A DNA stretch of 56,183 bases from Bacteroidales bacterium (GTDB taxonomy: Bacteria; Bacteroidota; Bacteroidia; Bacteroidales; VadinHA17), in assembly GCA_027028505.1 (NCBI GenBank), contig JALVJE010000209.1:1-56183 (forward strand), read 5' to 3'. Below, in pieces: positions 35,818 to 45,057 of the stretch. The translations under genes and the position numbers were made by a program. Each line of letters opens with the position of its first letter. Within the stretch, counting starts at the first letter, position 1. Under the pieces are notes generated by a model, which was not told the DNA's origin, did no database searches, and worked only from the letters and a program-made list of their open reading frames with translations.

Positions 35818-35880
35818 GGCTGTATTTTTTGTTAATACGGTAAAGATACAAAGGATTCAGTTAAAAACTAAAAGTGTGGA

Positions 35881-36129
35881 GTCCCGCAACTCTTAGGATC
35901 TTCGATCCTATAGAGTTGCGAGGATGCTCGCAAATGCTGCAAGCAAGCATTTGCGGCAGGTGGAGTTACGAGTTATGAGTATCGGGTATCGAGTTCACAG
36001 TTCATAGTTCATAGTTCATAGTTCGTAGTTCGTAGTTCGTAGTTCGTAGTTAATTCATCAACTTTTCAATTTTTCAACTTTTCAACCTATCAACCTATCA
36101 ACCTATCAACCTATCAACTTATCAACTCA
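35881..36129. repeat. Divergent module D (35881-35955), AGTTCA/CG heptamers x8 (35992-36047), TCAAC octamers x9 (36058-36129)
   Basis: Read directly; the TGA stop of the C25 gene (36127-36129) lies inside the last octamer. Confidence 0.85.
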
Positions 36130-39100
36130 TCTTTTAACAAATAGCATACTCACGCTCCTGTGTCCCTCGGTAAGTATCAGCAGGTAAGTGCCCGGGGCAA
36201 GACCGGTGAGGGGGATCACGATCTCTTCCCCTGCCTGCCAGTGCAGATCTTCCCGGATCAGGTATTTCCTTCCGGTGATACCGAGCAGCAGCAGGGTCCC
36301 TTTGTCTCCCCTGAACGAGGGTTGCAGGGTGATCCTTTCTCCGGCAGGATTGGGATAGAGGCGGATCCTTTGCGGCAAAGACATTTTTCCCGTGCCCTGG
36401 ATCACATTGTACAGCCAGACGCTGATGGTGTCGTTGCCCTGTTTCGAATCTGTAGGAAGGGAGATATAGACGGTAATAAGATATTGTCCCGTATCGGCCA
36501 TATCTACTCTGTGAGAGAAACGGAAAACCCCCGTATCGCCAGCCGCCAGCACCGTATCAAAGGCCTGGAAAACGGGATGAGCATTGTTAACGCGGAAAAA
36601 GAGGGGGAAAGTGTCCACCGCGCCGGTGCTGGCATTGATCACCGACACGGCCACCTCTTCGAAAGCAGTGTAGGCCGAATCACGGGCGGGAGACAACAAT
36701 GAATCCAAAACAAGGTCCAGGGTGCCTTTATGGGTTACCGTTTCTGTTATACCATTGTTGAGAGGCATCTGGTCTCCTTTGATCTCTGTAGAAATATAAA
36801 TACGGTAGCTTTTCAGCACCGACATATCCACTGGCACTGAGAAAACAAAATGTGCCGTATCCCCCGGCGCCAGGGTACGCATAAGGGTATCCCTCACCGC
36901 ATCTCCGTCGTTGACCCGGTAAAGCAGTGGAAAGGTCTGCAAATCCGTGGAACCGAAATTTTTCACCACGACCTTTAGCTTTTCCTCCCCCAGGTCCGGC
37001 GCACTCTCCGGTGCCAGCAGGTCTATCACGCCTGCGTCGTACCCCGTGAAACATCCCCCGGGAAAGACAATATAGTCGATCCAGGCTTTGTCCATGCCGG
37101 AGGAGGTATTCCCGTCCTTGGTATAGGACCAGGAAAAGGTATGATCACCTGCTTCTACCGGATAAACCGAGCGGGACCAGGCCGTCTCCCCTGACCATTT
37201 ATCCTTCTCCGTACCATCGATGGAAAATCGCAGGAAATCATATCCCGATTCGGAAGAGACCCTGTGATAAAAAGAGACGGAATCGCTCTGTTGCGACACG
37301 CAGGTGATCTCCAGCGTTGACCGCTGGCCGTCGCCGATATCTCCCGAGGCGGCCGAAAACTCTCCCCGCCAGGAAGCCCCGCCGGTCACGACCCAGGGGA
37401 TATCCGAGTTGTTCTGCCAGGGATAGGACCGGAAGTCCCCGGTCTCAAAATCCTCATAGACCAGTCCGACAGGATAAGAGAATGTATCTGAAATAAAATA
37501 ACCGCCTGCCAGCATATCAGCGGTAACGATCAACTCAGCGCCGGCAGGTGCTCCCGGATCTATCACAACAGGAAAAGTGACCTCTGTGGTCGCGCCGGGA
37601 GGTATCGCAGCAAAAGGAACAGAGTCATGGGGTTGCAGGACCAGCGAGTCCGTAAGTGAGAAAAGGACATATCCCCCCGGCAGGACAGCATGGCCCCTGT
37701 TGATCAGTTGCAGGACAAGATCGACGGATTCCCCTGCTTCCAGGCGGAAGTTGCCATTGCCTTTTGAACGGTCTTCGATCCGCATGCTCCCGGTCTCCGG
37801 CTGTGGCGCCAGGAGGGTCTGGGTAAACCAATGATCCCATCTGCCATCCCCCTCACCGGTGAAAGAGATATGAAATGTGACCACTGCCCCGTCCGGAATG
37901 CTGTCCCTTACCCTGTAACGGAAAGCATGAGGCAGCAGACGGCTCTCCCCACCCCCCAGGGTGAAGACATCCGACAGGGAGTCGGTCACGATCACCCACG
38001 GAGTATTGCAAGAAAGTTTTCCCATAACATTCCTGGCCTCCAGGGAACCGCTGTTCCGCACTGTCATATCCAGGAAAACATCTTCTCCGTTGTCGGGTAA
38101 AGTATCGGCATTACCCGCACCATCATCCGTAGAAATATGTTTCACACTCACATAGGGAAGGCTGTCAGGGATCATGTAAACGGTATCCATGACCGGGATC
38201 CTGTTCTGCCGGGTCACCGTGACCAGCAGGTATGCGGTATCGGGCAAGGAAGGAAGAGCGAGGGAGGACATGCCATCCTCTCCTGTGAGGGCAGCCGCCA
38301 GGAGGGTATCGCCCCGGGTCACGCCCACATAAGATCCGGGCTCTGTCACTACGGTAACGGCACCGGTGCCGGCAGGAAGTGAAGAAGGCACATGCACCCC
38401 CATGGGCAAAGGTACCGACAACCAGGGCATCATGGAAGGATCTCCCAGAACATTGTAGATCTGCCAGTAATATTTGGCCCGTGCGGGATTGCCTGCCATC
38501 ACCTCCACATTTCCGGCGAAGATGATCTGATCCGTTGTCACATACCACTCCTGCGGGGGCTCACCATGGTCATGAAAAAGCCGGTCATAGGCAGCAGCCG
38601 TGTACTCACCATAAGAAGGATGCTCCACGATGGGCCCCACACCCACAGCCCAGTAGTAATCTTCATCCCAATAGGAATCGTCTGAACAGCCTATATATGC
38701 AACGGCCCCCTTGTCTTCGGCACGCACCATTGCTTCCCCAAAACACTCATCCAGACCGAAAGTGGCGGTCTCACATCCGTTGGTGATGAACACCGGATAT
38801 TTATGGGCATTCTGAAGATCCCGGATGTCGGAGGTCTTGAACGAAGGGTCCTGCCATCCGCTGCTGAGGCCGTGACCCGTATAATTGACCAGGGAACATC
38901 CGTCGCCGATCTTCTGACGTATCTCCGCATCACTGTTACCTGAGGCCGGATAGAGATAAACCGAAGGATCGTAACCATGGGCCGCGTTCACATAATTGGA
39001 GACGGCGTAATTGATCTGCCCGTTGCCCCAGCGGGGCGCATACGTACCATCCACACCCGCCACCATCACGGCATCCGACAGGAAAGAGGGATCGTGAAAA

Positions 39101-40239
39101 GTATATTTTTCATACTCCAGGATCTTGTCCAGCATCACCCGCAATTCGGAAGTGTCGCGGGCCGGGATACGACCGTAATACAGGTCGGGCAGGTAATCGT
39201 CATCCCCGTCATAGGTAGCATAGTACAGGTCTGTCACATGACCCGGGACGGCCGAGGCCGGCACCTGGGGCGTATCCCCCACGATCAGGAGAAAAGTCGG
39301 GGCCGGATCATCCGGCGTGGCCGAGAGATACAGGTTCGTGAGATAATCCCTGATGCTGTCAGGCGTACTGCCCACCCCCGCGTCAGTGGTATAGATCTCA
39401 TCCACCCGGTAACCTTTCCGGGTCTTCCACCGAACAAACTCCCGCAGGGTGTTGCGGAAGAGGGTATCGGTGAGGATAATATACCTTACGGGAGCAGTGA
39501 CAAGCCCTTGTCCTGTCTCTGTCACACTGCTGTTCAGTGTGGCACTTTTCAGGGAAGAAAAAAACGGGGATGCCGTCACCGCAGCATTTTTGGCCGTGCC
39601 TCCGGTGAAACGTATCGTCACCTCCACCTCATCGTATACCTCCAGCAGGTCGCGGGCCGGATTGTACCGGAACGGGGCGATGGTGAGCCAGGCCAGTTTT
39701 CTGCCCCGCATGATGCCGGCGGTATGTACTGTCACCAGGCTGTCGCCCGTCCAGGCATCCCGGGCATAAGCCTCCCGGTCAATCTTCAGATGCTGTGGCG
39801 GCCTGACATTCTTAGGCAGGGAAGGTTGTCGGGGGTAGAGCTTCGTCCCGGGAAATTTCTCGGACAAGGGGATGCGACGGGAATGATAAGTAACCTTTTC
39901 GACCACGGCCTCTCCCCCGCCGGGGAGGGTGATCAGACGCCGCAGCACGGGCAGGTCTGGCCAACCGGTCCTTTGCGCATGCACCATCCCCGGCCGCGAG
40001 AGCTCAATATAGCTCCCGCCATCTGCTTTTCTCCTTATGAAAAATACGCCGGGAACCGTGACATGCACCTGCAACAGGGAGCGGTCGCTCTTTTTCACCT
40101 GTAAGGCTGCAGGCCTGTCATCCCATACCATTTTCTCACCGGTCTGGGCAGGTAGCGTCAGCGGAACAGCACACCACAAAAGGATCAGATATGAAAATAT
40201 ACCCGCTATCCTCGGCATGATCATAAAACATTCATCCAC
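36127..40239 (-). CDS. Gingipain-like C25 cysteine peptidase with propeptide, Ig/CARDB-like modules and T9SS CTD
   Basis: G.PDLP propeptide; YIIL...F...L..F.RWK.RKG, D.YY...DG.DD..PD...GR; catalytic VNYTGHG and TNGCET; YN.LGDPS; C-terminus LYPNPA...G.YLL. Real start may be ATG 40224 or 40218. Confidence 0.88.
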   Translation of the reverse strand: MDECFMIMPRIAGIFSYLILLWCAVPLTLPAQTGEKMVWDDRPAALQVKKSDRSLLQVHVTVPGVFFIRRKADGGSYIELSRPGMVHAQRTGWPDLPVLRRLITLPGGGEAVVEKVTYHSRRIPLSEKFPGTKLYPRQPSLPKNVRPPQHLKIDREAYARDAWTGDSLVTVHTAGIMRGRKLAWLTIAPFRYNPARDLLEVYDEVEVTIRFTGGTAKNAAVTASPFFSSLKSATLNSSVTETGQGLVTAPVRYIILTDTLFRNTLREFVRWKTRKGYRVDEIYTTDAGVGSTPDSIRDYLTNLYLSATPDDPAPTFLLIVGDTPQVPASAVPGHVTDLYYATYDGDDDYLPDLYYGRIPARDTSELRVMLDKILEYEKYTFHDPSFLSDAVMVAGVDGTYAPRWGNGQINYAVSNYVNAAHGYDPSVYLYPASGNSDAEIRQKIGDGCSLVNYTGHGLSSGWQDPSFKTSDIRDLQNAHKYPVFITNGCETATFGLDECFGEAMVRAEDKGAVAYIGCSDDSYWDEDYYWAVGVGPIVEHPSYGEYTAAAYDRLFHDHGEPPQEWYVTTDQIIFAGNVEVMAGNPARAKYYWQIYNVLGDPSMMPWLSVPLPMGVHVPSSLPAGTGAVTVVTEPGSYVGVTRGDTLLAAALTGEDGMSSLALPSLPDTAYLLVTVTRQNRIPVMDTVYMIPDSLPYVSVKHISTDDGAGNADTLPDNGEDVFLDMTVRNSGSLEARNVMGKLSCNTPWVIVTDSLSDVFTLGGGESRLLPHAFRYRVRDSIPDGAVVTFHISFTGEGDGRWDHWFTQTLLAPQPETGSMRIEDRSKGNGNFRLEAGESVDLVLQLINRGHAVLPGGYVLFSLTDSLVLQPHDSVPFAAIPPGATTEVTFPVVIDPGAPAGAELIVTADMLAGGYFISDTFSYPVGLVYEDFETGDFRSYPWQNNSDIPWVVTGGASWRGEFSAASGDIGDGQRSTLEITCVSQQSDSVSFYHRVSSESGYDFLRFSIDGTEKDKWSGETAWSRSVYPVEAGDHTFSWSYTKDGNTSSGMDKAWIDYIVFPGGCFTGYDAGVIDLLAPESAPDLGEEKLKVVVKNFGSTDLQTFPLLYRVNDGDAVRDTLMRTLAPGDTAHFVFSVPVDMSVLKSYRIYISTEIKGDQMPLNNGITETVTHKGTLDLVLDSLLSPARDSAYTAFEEVAVSVINASTGAVDTFPLFFRVNNAHPVFQAFDTVLAAGDTGVFRFSHRVDMADTGQYLITVYISLPTDSKQGNDTISVWLYNVIQGTGKMSLPQRIRLYPNPAGERITLQPSFRGDKGTLLLLGITGRKYLIREDLHWQAGEEIVIPLTGLAPGTYLLILTEGHRSVSMLFVKR

Positions 40240-40415
40240 TCTTCAGGACATCTGAACAGGGGAAAGGGTTGTATGGTCTCAAATTGGTGTGATAAAGTTA
40301 CTGAATTTTTTGCAATTAAGAAAGATACTACGATGTTCCGGCGGAGTATGATACCTGAGAATTTGGGTTAAACATTCTTTTTATATATTTTTATCTTTTA
40401 TTCTGTCTCGCACTT

Positions 40416-43400
40416 ATGAAAAGATACTGCGTACTTTTTGCACTGTTCCTTTCAGGGATGATCACGGCGATCCCCCAGATCAACCGATATGGTGTTCCCT
40501 TTGTAAGGAATATCTCTCCTTCGGAGACGGATGCAGGAGAACAGAACTGGTCGGTAATACAGGACCCGCGGGGGATCATATACATAGCCAACAATGACAA
40601 CGGCATCCTGGAATACGACGGTACGGAATGGAGAAAGATCCCCGTGCCCAACAATATACCCCTACGTGCTCTGGGGGTGGATGAGCAGGGAAATGTTTAT
40701 GCCGGCGGGGACAAGGACTTCGGCATGCTTGTGCCTGACAGCAAAGGGGCTCTTCATTACCGGTCGCTGGCTGAAATGCTGGACTCGGCCGACAGGCAGT
40801 TCAAGACCATTTTTCATATTTATGCCTGGCAGGGAGATATCATCTTTGACGGGGGACAGGTCATTTTCAGATATTCTCCCTCCCGTAATAGGCTCACACC
40901 CTATTATCTGGCAGATGACGGGATGAAACAGAGTAATTTCGGCTATGTATGCTGTGGTAAGTATTTTCATTTTGATGCGGTAGAGGGACTGGTAGAATTC
41001 AGCAGGGAGCATTTCCATAAGATCCCGAACGGCAGTTTTTTTTCATACCTGAACCTTCACACGGCGGTCCTGGGCATCCTTCCCTACACCGGGAATACAA
41101 TGCTGGTTTTTACATACAAAAGCGGCGTTTTCGGATATGATCTGAAAACAGGCGCGATCCGCAGGAACATCTTCCCGGCGACCACCAACGATTTTCTGAA
41201 AAAGAACCGTTTCTACCACGGCATCATCCTTCCCGACAGTTCTTATGCCCTGGGCACACTGGACGGAGGGATGATCCTGACAGACCATCACGGTAACATC
41301 CGTGAAGTGCTGAACCGCAAAAACGGCCTCGACAATGAGACCATCACCAAGATCTTTGTCAACAGAAAAAAACCGGATGTTTCCCAGATGTGGATCGCCC
41401 TGAACATAGGAGCCGCCTGGGCGGAGATCTTCTCCCCGTTCCGGATGTTCAACGAAGACCACGGTTTCAAAGGTACGGTCAATGACATTTTCCTTCAGGG
41501 AGATGATCTTTATCTGGCCACCTCGACAGGCGTTTTCTTACGGACCTTTGATGAACAGGGTGTGGCCTATTTCGTGCGTGTCAAGGGCATCAGCGCGCAG
41601 ACCTGGTCATTTCTTTCGTTCACCCTGCCGGACACTCACAGGCATCTCCTGTGGGCCGGCACCGAGGAAGGGATCTATGAGATCACCGGGATCCAAGCCG
41701 TTCCGGTAGAAAAAAAGATCCGGGATCTGCCACGGAAAGATCTGAGATTTTATGTTTTCAGCATGTTTGCCTCACGTTATGATCCGGGAAAGATCCTCAT
41801 AGGCACCGCCAAAGGGATCAATGTGATCCGCTACAAACGGGGGATCTGGCGCTTCGAAGGTAGTATGGAAAAATACCAGGAAGAGGTTCGCAGCATTACG
41901 GAAGATGACAATGGCAATATTTGGTTTTCCCTCTCTTTTTCCGGAATAGCCCGTTTGGTAAAAGGGGATACGTCCTATCAGGCGGTCATTTACGATCCCT
42001 CCAAAGGGCTTCCGCATTATACGGGTGCTACGGTCCATTATATTGACCACCGTCTTTTGGTAACAGAAAACAAGCTTTATTCACGGGACAAGGAGCATGA
42101 TGTCTTTGTGCCCGACACCCTTTTCGGCCGGGAATATACCAGTGGCAGCAGGTCGATACAGAACATCTACCCGGTCAATGATACTCTCTGTTTTTTCAAT
42201 ACGCTTGAGCAGGACGGCTCTTTCCATGTGGAAGAGATGATCCGCAGCAACAAGGGTATCCGGATCATCAGGCGGCCTTTTTACCGTCTTCCTCCCCAAT
42301 CGGCCTATACCTTTGCTTTTGAGAAAGATCATCTGTGGATCGCCATCTCCAACCGCATCTACTCGTATGATCTTTCATACAAAGCGACAAACGCTTCGCC
42401 TTTCCGTACGCTTATCCGCCGGATCACCTATGGAGAAGACTCCGTAATGTTTGCAGGATCTTTCTATACGGAAGACGATAACGGGATAAAGCATATCTCT
42501 TTTTCTCAGCCGGCAGAGGGGCAGCCTCAGATCCCCTATGCGGCCAACAACCTGATCTTCCACTGGAGCGCCCCCTATTTTGACGGAGCAGAAGGGATCC
42601 GCTACAGTTTCAGGCTGCGCAATTTTGATAAGAGCTGGTCGAAATGGACCACTCATACGGAATATCCCTATACCAACATCCCCACAGGTAGTTTTGTCTT
42701 CGAGGTGAAGGCCCGTAATATTTACGGCCGGGAGAGCCAGCCGGACACTTTTGCTTTTACCATCCTGCCGCCGTGGTATCTTACGTTCTGGGCTTTCATG
42801 CTGTATATTTTCCTGGCGATCCTGCTGATCGTGATCATCGTCAAGCTGTACACACGCCGTTTGCAGAACGAGAAGATCCGTCTGGAGGCCATCGTCCGGG
42901 AACGTACGGCCGAGGTGGTCCGGCAAAAAGAGGAGCTGACGGACAGTATCATGTATGCCAGCCGTATCCAGCGGGCCGTTCTGCCCAGCGAAAAACTGCT
43001 CAACGAAAAATTTCCGGACCATTTCATCCTGTTCCTGCCGCGGGATATTGTAAGCGGCGACTTTTACTGGATGTCCCACCGTGACGACAGGGTCTTTGTC
43101 ACAGCAGCCGACTGTACCGGCCATGGCGTGCCGGGAGCTTTCATGAGCCTGCTGGGCATATCTTTCCTCAACGAGATCATCAACCGCATAGAGGTACTGC
43201 AGCCCGACTGGATCCTCAACGAACTGCGTAAAGAGATCAAATCCTCCCTAAAACAACGCGGAGAAGAAGGAGAGGCCAAGGACGGGATGGATATGGCCAT
43301 GGTAGCCATTGACAAGGAGAAGAAAAAGCTTTATTATTCGGGCGCATATAATCCGCTGTTCTTTGTCCGGCATCTCACCCCTGAGGAAAAAGAGATGATC

Positions 43401-43763
43401 GCCGCGGGGAAAGATCCGGGGTTTGGAAAAGGCAGTCTCTACAATGAGGAGTATGTGCTGATCTCCTTCGCGGCCGACAAGATGCCTATCGGGATATCCG
43501 CCAAGGACGAGACCCCTTTCACCCTGAAAGAGACCCTTTACAACAAAGGCGACCGCATCTACATGTTCTCCGACGGATATATTGATCAGTTCGGTGGGCC
43601 GAATGGAAAAAAATTCATGAGCCGGAACTTTAAGAAAATGATCCTCAGCCTGCAGGATATTGGCATGAAAGAACAGAAAGAGATGTTCTATAAGCGTCTC
43701 CGCGAATGGATGGGCGACCTGCCCCAGATCGACGATATCATTGTGATCGGGATACAGTTGTAG
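40416..43763 (+). CDS. Membrane sensor: periplasmic beta-propeller and Y_Y_Y domain, one TM segment, cytoplasmic SpoIIE/PP2C phosphatase
   Basis: Signal peptide; QNW...QD.RG.IY.AN; YSFRL..FD..WS.W...Y.YTNIP.G.F.FEVKA; PPWY.T.WA TM segment; DIVSGDFYW, AADCTGHGVPGAFMS, DGMD, FSDG..DQFGG and DDI.VIG. Confidence 0.9.
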   Translation: MKRYCVLFALFLSGMITAIPQINRYGVPFVRNISPSETDAGEQNWSVIQDPRGIIYIANNDNGILEYDGTEWRKIPVPNNIPLRALGVDEQGNVYAGGDKDFGMLVPDSKGALHYRSLAEMLDSADRQFKTIFHIYAWQGDIIFDGGQVIFRYSPSRNRLTPYYLADDGMKQSNFGYVCCGKYFHFDAVEGLVEFSREHFHKIPNGSFFSYLNLHTAVLGILPYTGNTMLVFTYKSGVFGYDLKTGAIRRNIFPATTNDFLKKNRFYHGIILPDSSYALGTLDGGMILTDHHGNIREVLNRKNGLDNETITKIFVNRKKPDVSQMWIALNIGAAWAEIFSPFRMFNEDHGFKGTVNDIFLQGDDLYLATSTGVFLRTFDEQGVAYFVRVKGISAQTWSFLSFTLPDTHRHLLWAGTEEGIYEITGIQAVPVEKKIRDLPRKDLRFYVFSMFASRYDPGKILIGTAKGINVIRYKRGIWRFEGSMEKYQEEVRSITEDDNGNIWFSLSFSGIARLVKGDTSYQAVIYDPSKGLPHYTGATVHYIDHRLLVTENKLYSRDKEHDVFVPDTLFGREYTSGSRSIQNIYPVNDTLCFFNTLEQDGSFHVEEMIRSNKGIRIIRRPFYRLPPQSAYTFAFEKDHLWIAISNRIYSYDLSYKATNASPFRTLIRRITYGEDSVMFAGSFYTEDDNGIKHISFSQPAEGQPQIPYAANNLIFHWSAPYFDGAEGIRYSFRLRNFDKSWSKWTTHTEYPYTNIPTGSFVFEVKARNIYGRESQPDTFAFTILPPWYLTFWAFMLYIFLAILLIVIIVKLYTRRLQNEKIRLEAIVRERTAEVVRQKEELTDSIMYASRIQRAVLPSEKLLNEKFPDHFILFLPRDIVSGDFYWMSHRDDRVFVTAADCTGHGVPGAFMSLLGISFLNEIINRIEVLQPDWILNELRKEIKSSLKQRGEEGEAKDGMDMAMVAIDKEKKKLYYSGAYNPLFFVRHLTPEEKEMIAAGKDPGFGKGSLYNEEYVLISFAADKMPIGISAKDETPFTLKETLYNKGDRIYMFSDGYIDQFGGPNGKKFMSRNFKKMILSLQDIGMKEQKEMFYKRLREWMGDLPQIDDIIVIGIQL

Positions 43764-43836
43764 GAGTGTGGAGTGTGGAGTGTGGAGTTAGATGAAAAGC
43801 ATGGAATATTTGTAGAGACAAGGCACCGCCTTGTCT
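43764..43836. repeat. GAGTGTG heptamers followed by a module A hairpin carrying a 5' GTAG
   Basis: GTAG-AGACAAGGC-ACC-GCCTTGTCT at 43812-43836; the outer G-C pair of module A is replaced by A-T. Confidence 0.8.
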
Positions 43837-43844
43837 TGAAAATA

Positions 43845-44008
43845 AACCCAAAATCAGCAATAGAAAAACGCAAGCGCTTTTCATTGCTGATCGATCAAGG
43901 ATTTCATCGGTTTTGGTTATTACCAAAACCGTGAACCCCTAAATCGGGGTTAACCCCAGCTAACGCATTAGTTCAGCTAATCCTTAGCTTCCTAATGCGT
44001 AATCTGGG
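43845..44008. mobile_element. About 165-bp MITE-like, multi-hairpin element, copy 2 (inverted relative to copy 1)
   Basis: Reverse complement aligns end to end with 1951-2116; differences fall mainly in loops. Confidence 0.6.
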
Positions 44009-44135
44009 ATAAACATAACAAGGTTCCAGGTTTCATGTTCCAGGTTCCAGGTTTCAGGTTTCAGGTTTTCAGGTTCCAGGTTTTTTGTTTATTTCGACGT
44101 TCGACGATCAGCATTCGACCTTCAGCATTCGCCAT

Positions 44136-44169
44136 AAAAAAAGCCGTTCCCCGGGGAACGGCTTTTTTT
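44136..44169. terminator. Bidirectional intrinsic terminator downstream of the DUF1080 gene
   Basis: A7-GCCGTTCC-CCGG-GGAACGGC-T7. Confidence 0.85.
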
Positions 44170-44193
44170 ATTCAGATCAGTAAAGGCCTCTTG

Positions 44194-45018
44194 TTAATCG
44201 AGGACCTTGATCTTGATATTGCGGTACCATACATCATCCCCGTGGTCCTGGAGGCCGATGTATCCCTCCTCGGCCACATTGGCCCAGTTGGGATTGTAGT
44301 GCGGGAATTTGCTGTGGGCCACCAGGGTATCCCATTCGGGGGTCCAGAGATGGTATTCCACAACAGTTTCACCGTTCATCTTATGGATGACCGTACCCCG
44401 GTAGACGATGATCTCCACATGGTTCCATTCGCCGGCAGGCTTGGCGTTCTGAGGCTTGGCCGGTATCAGGTCGTAGAGGGACCCGGCCTGCCTGTTCCCG
44501 TCCTTGCCCAGCTTGGCGTCGGGGTGGCGTTCATTGTCCAGCACCTGCATTTCGGGAGCCGTAGCCCAGATGGGTTTGTCGGTCTCCTGGGCCAGATAGA
44601 AGATCCCGGAGTTACCCCCTTTGGAGATCTTCCAGTCCAGTTTCAGGTCGAAGTCCTTGAACTTTTTATCGTAAATGATATCGCCGCCTTCTTTGCTGCC
44701 GGCCTCACCGCGGCCGGAGCCTTTGCAATGGAGCGTACCATCGACGACCTCCCAGCCGCTGGGGAAATGATCTTTGCCATATCCCCGCCAGCCTTTGGTT
44801 GTCTTGCCGTCAAAGAGCAGCACCCATCCGTCTTTTTTCTCTTCAGGGGTGAGGGTGTTCGGGGGAACACTCTCTTCGCTCTTTTCGGTCACTTCTTCTT
44901 TTTGCTCTTCAGATGCCGACTCACTCTTCTCCTCTTTGTTGGTGGCATTTTTACAACCGGCCACAAAGATGAAAGAGAAAAGGGCTGTCATCAAAAAGAG
45001 ATATTTGTACTTTTTCAT
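44194..45018 (-). CDS. DUF1080 (3-keto-disaccharide hydrolase/hydratase family) lipoprotein
   Basis: Start reassigned to 45018 (MKKYKYLFL...FVAGC lipobox). GWVLLFDGK...GWRGY, DF.L.L.WK...GNSGIFY, PEMQVLD, AGSLYD, GEWN and G.IGLQDHG...YRNIKIK. Confidence 0.9.
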   Translation of the reverse strand: MKKYKYLFLMTALFSFIFVAGCKNATNKEEKSESASEEQKEEVTEKSEESVPPNTLTPEEKKDGWVLLFDGKTTKGWRGYGKDHFPSGWEVVDGTLHCKGSGRGEAGSKEGGDIIYDKKFKDFDLKLDWKISKGGNSGIFYLAQETDKPIWATAPEMQVLDNERHPDAKLGKDGNRQAGSLYDLIPAKPQNAKPAGEWNHVEIIVYRGTVIHKMNGETVVEYHLWTPEWDTLVAHSKFPHYNPNWANVAEEGYIGLQDHGDDVWYRNIKIKVLD

Positions 45019-45057
45019 TTCTGAAATATTTAAAAGGTTAAACAATTACATTATCCT

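Noticed and set aside
38977-40104. 375-aa plus-strand ORF
   Set aside because: Antisense shadow of the C25 peptidase.
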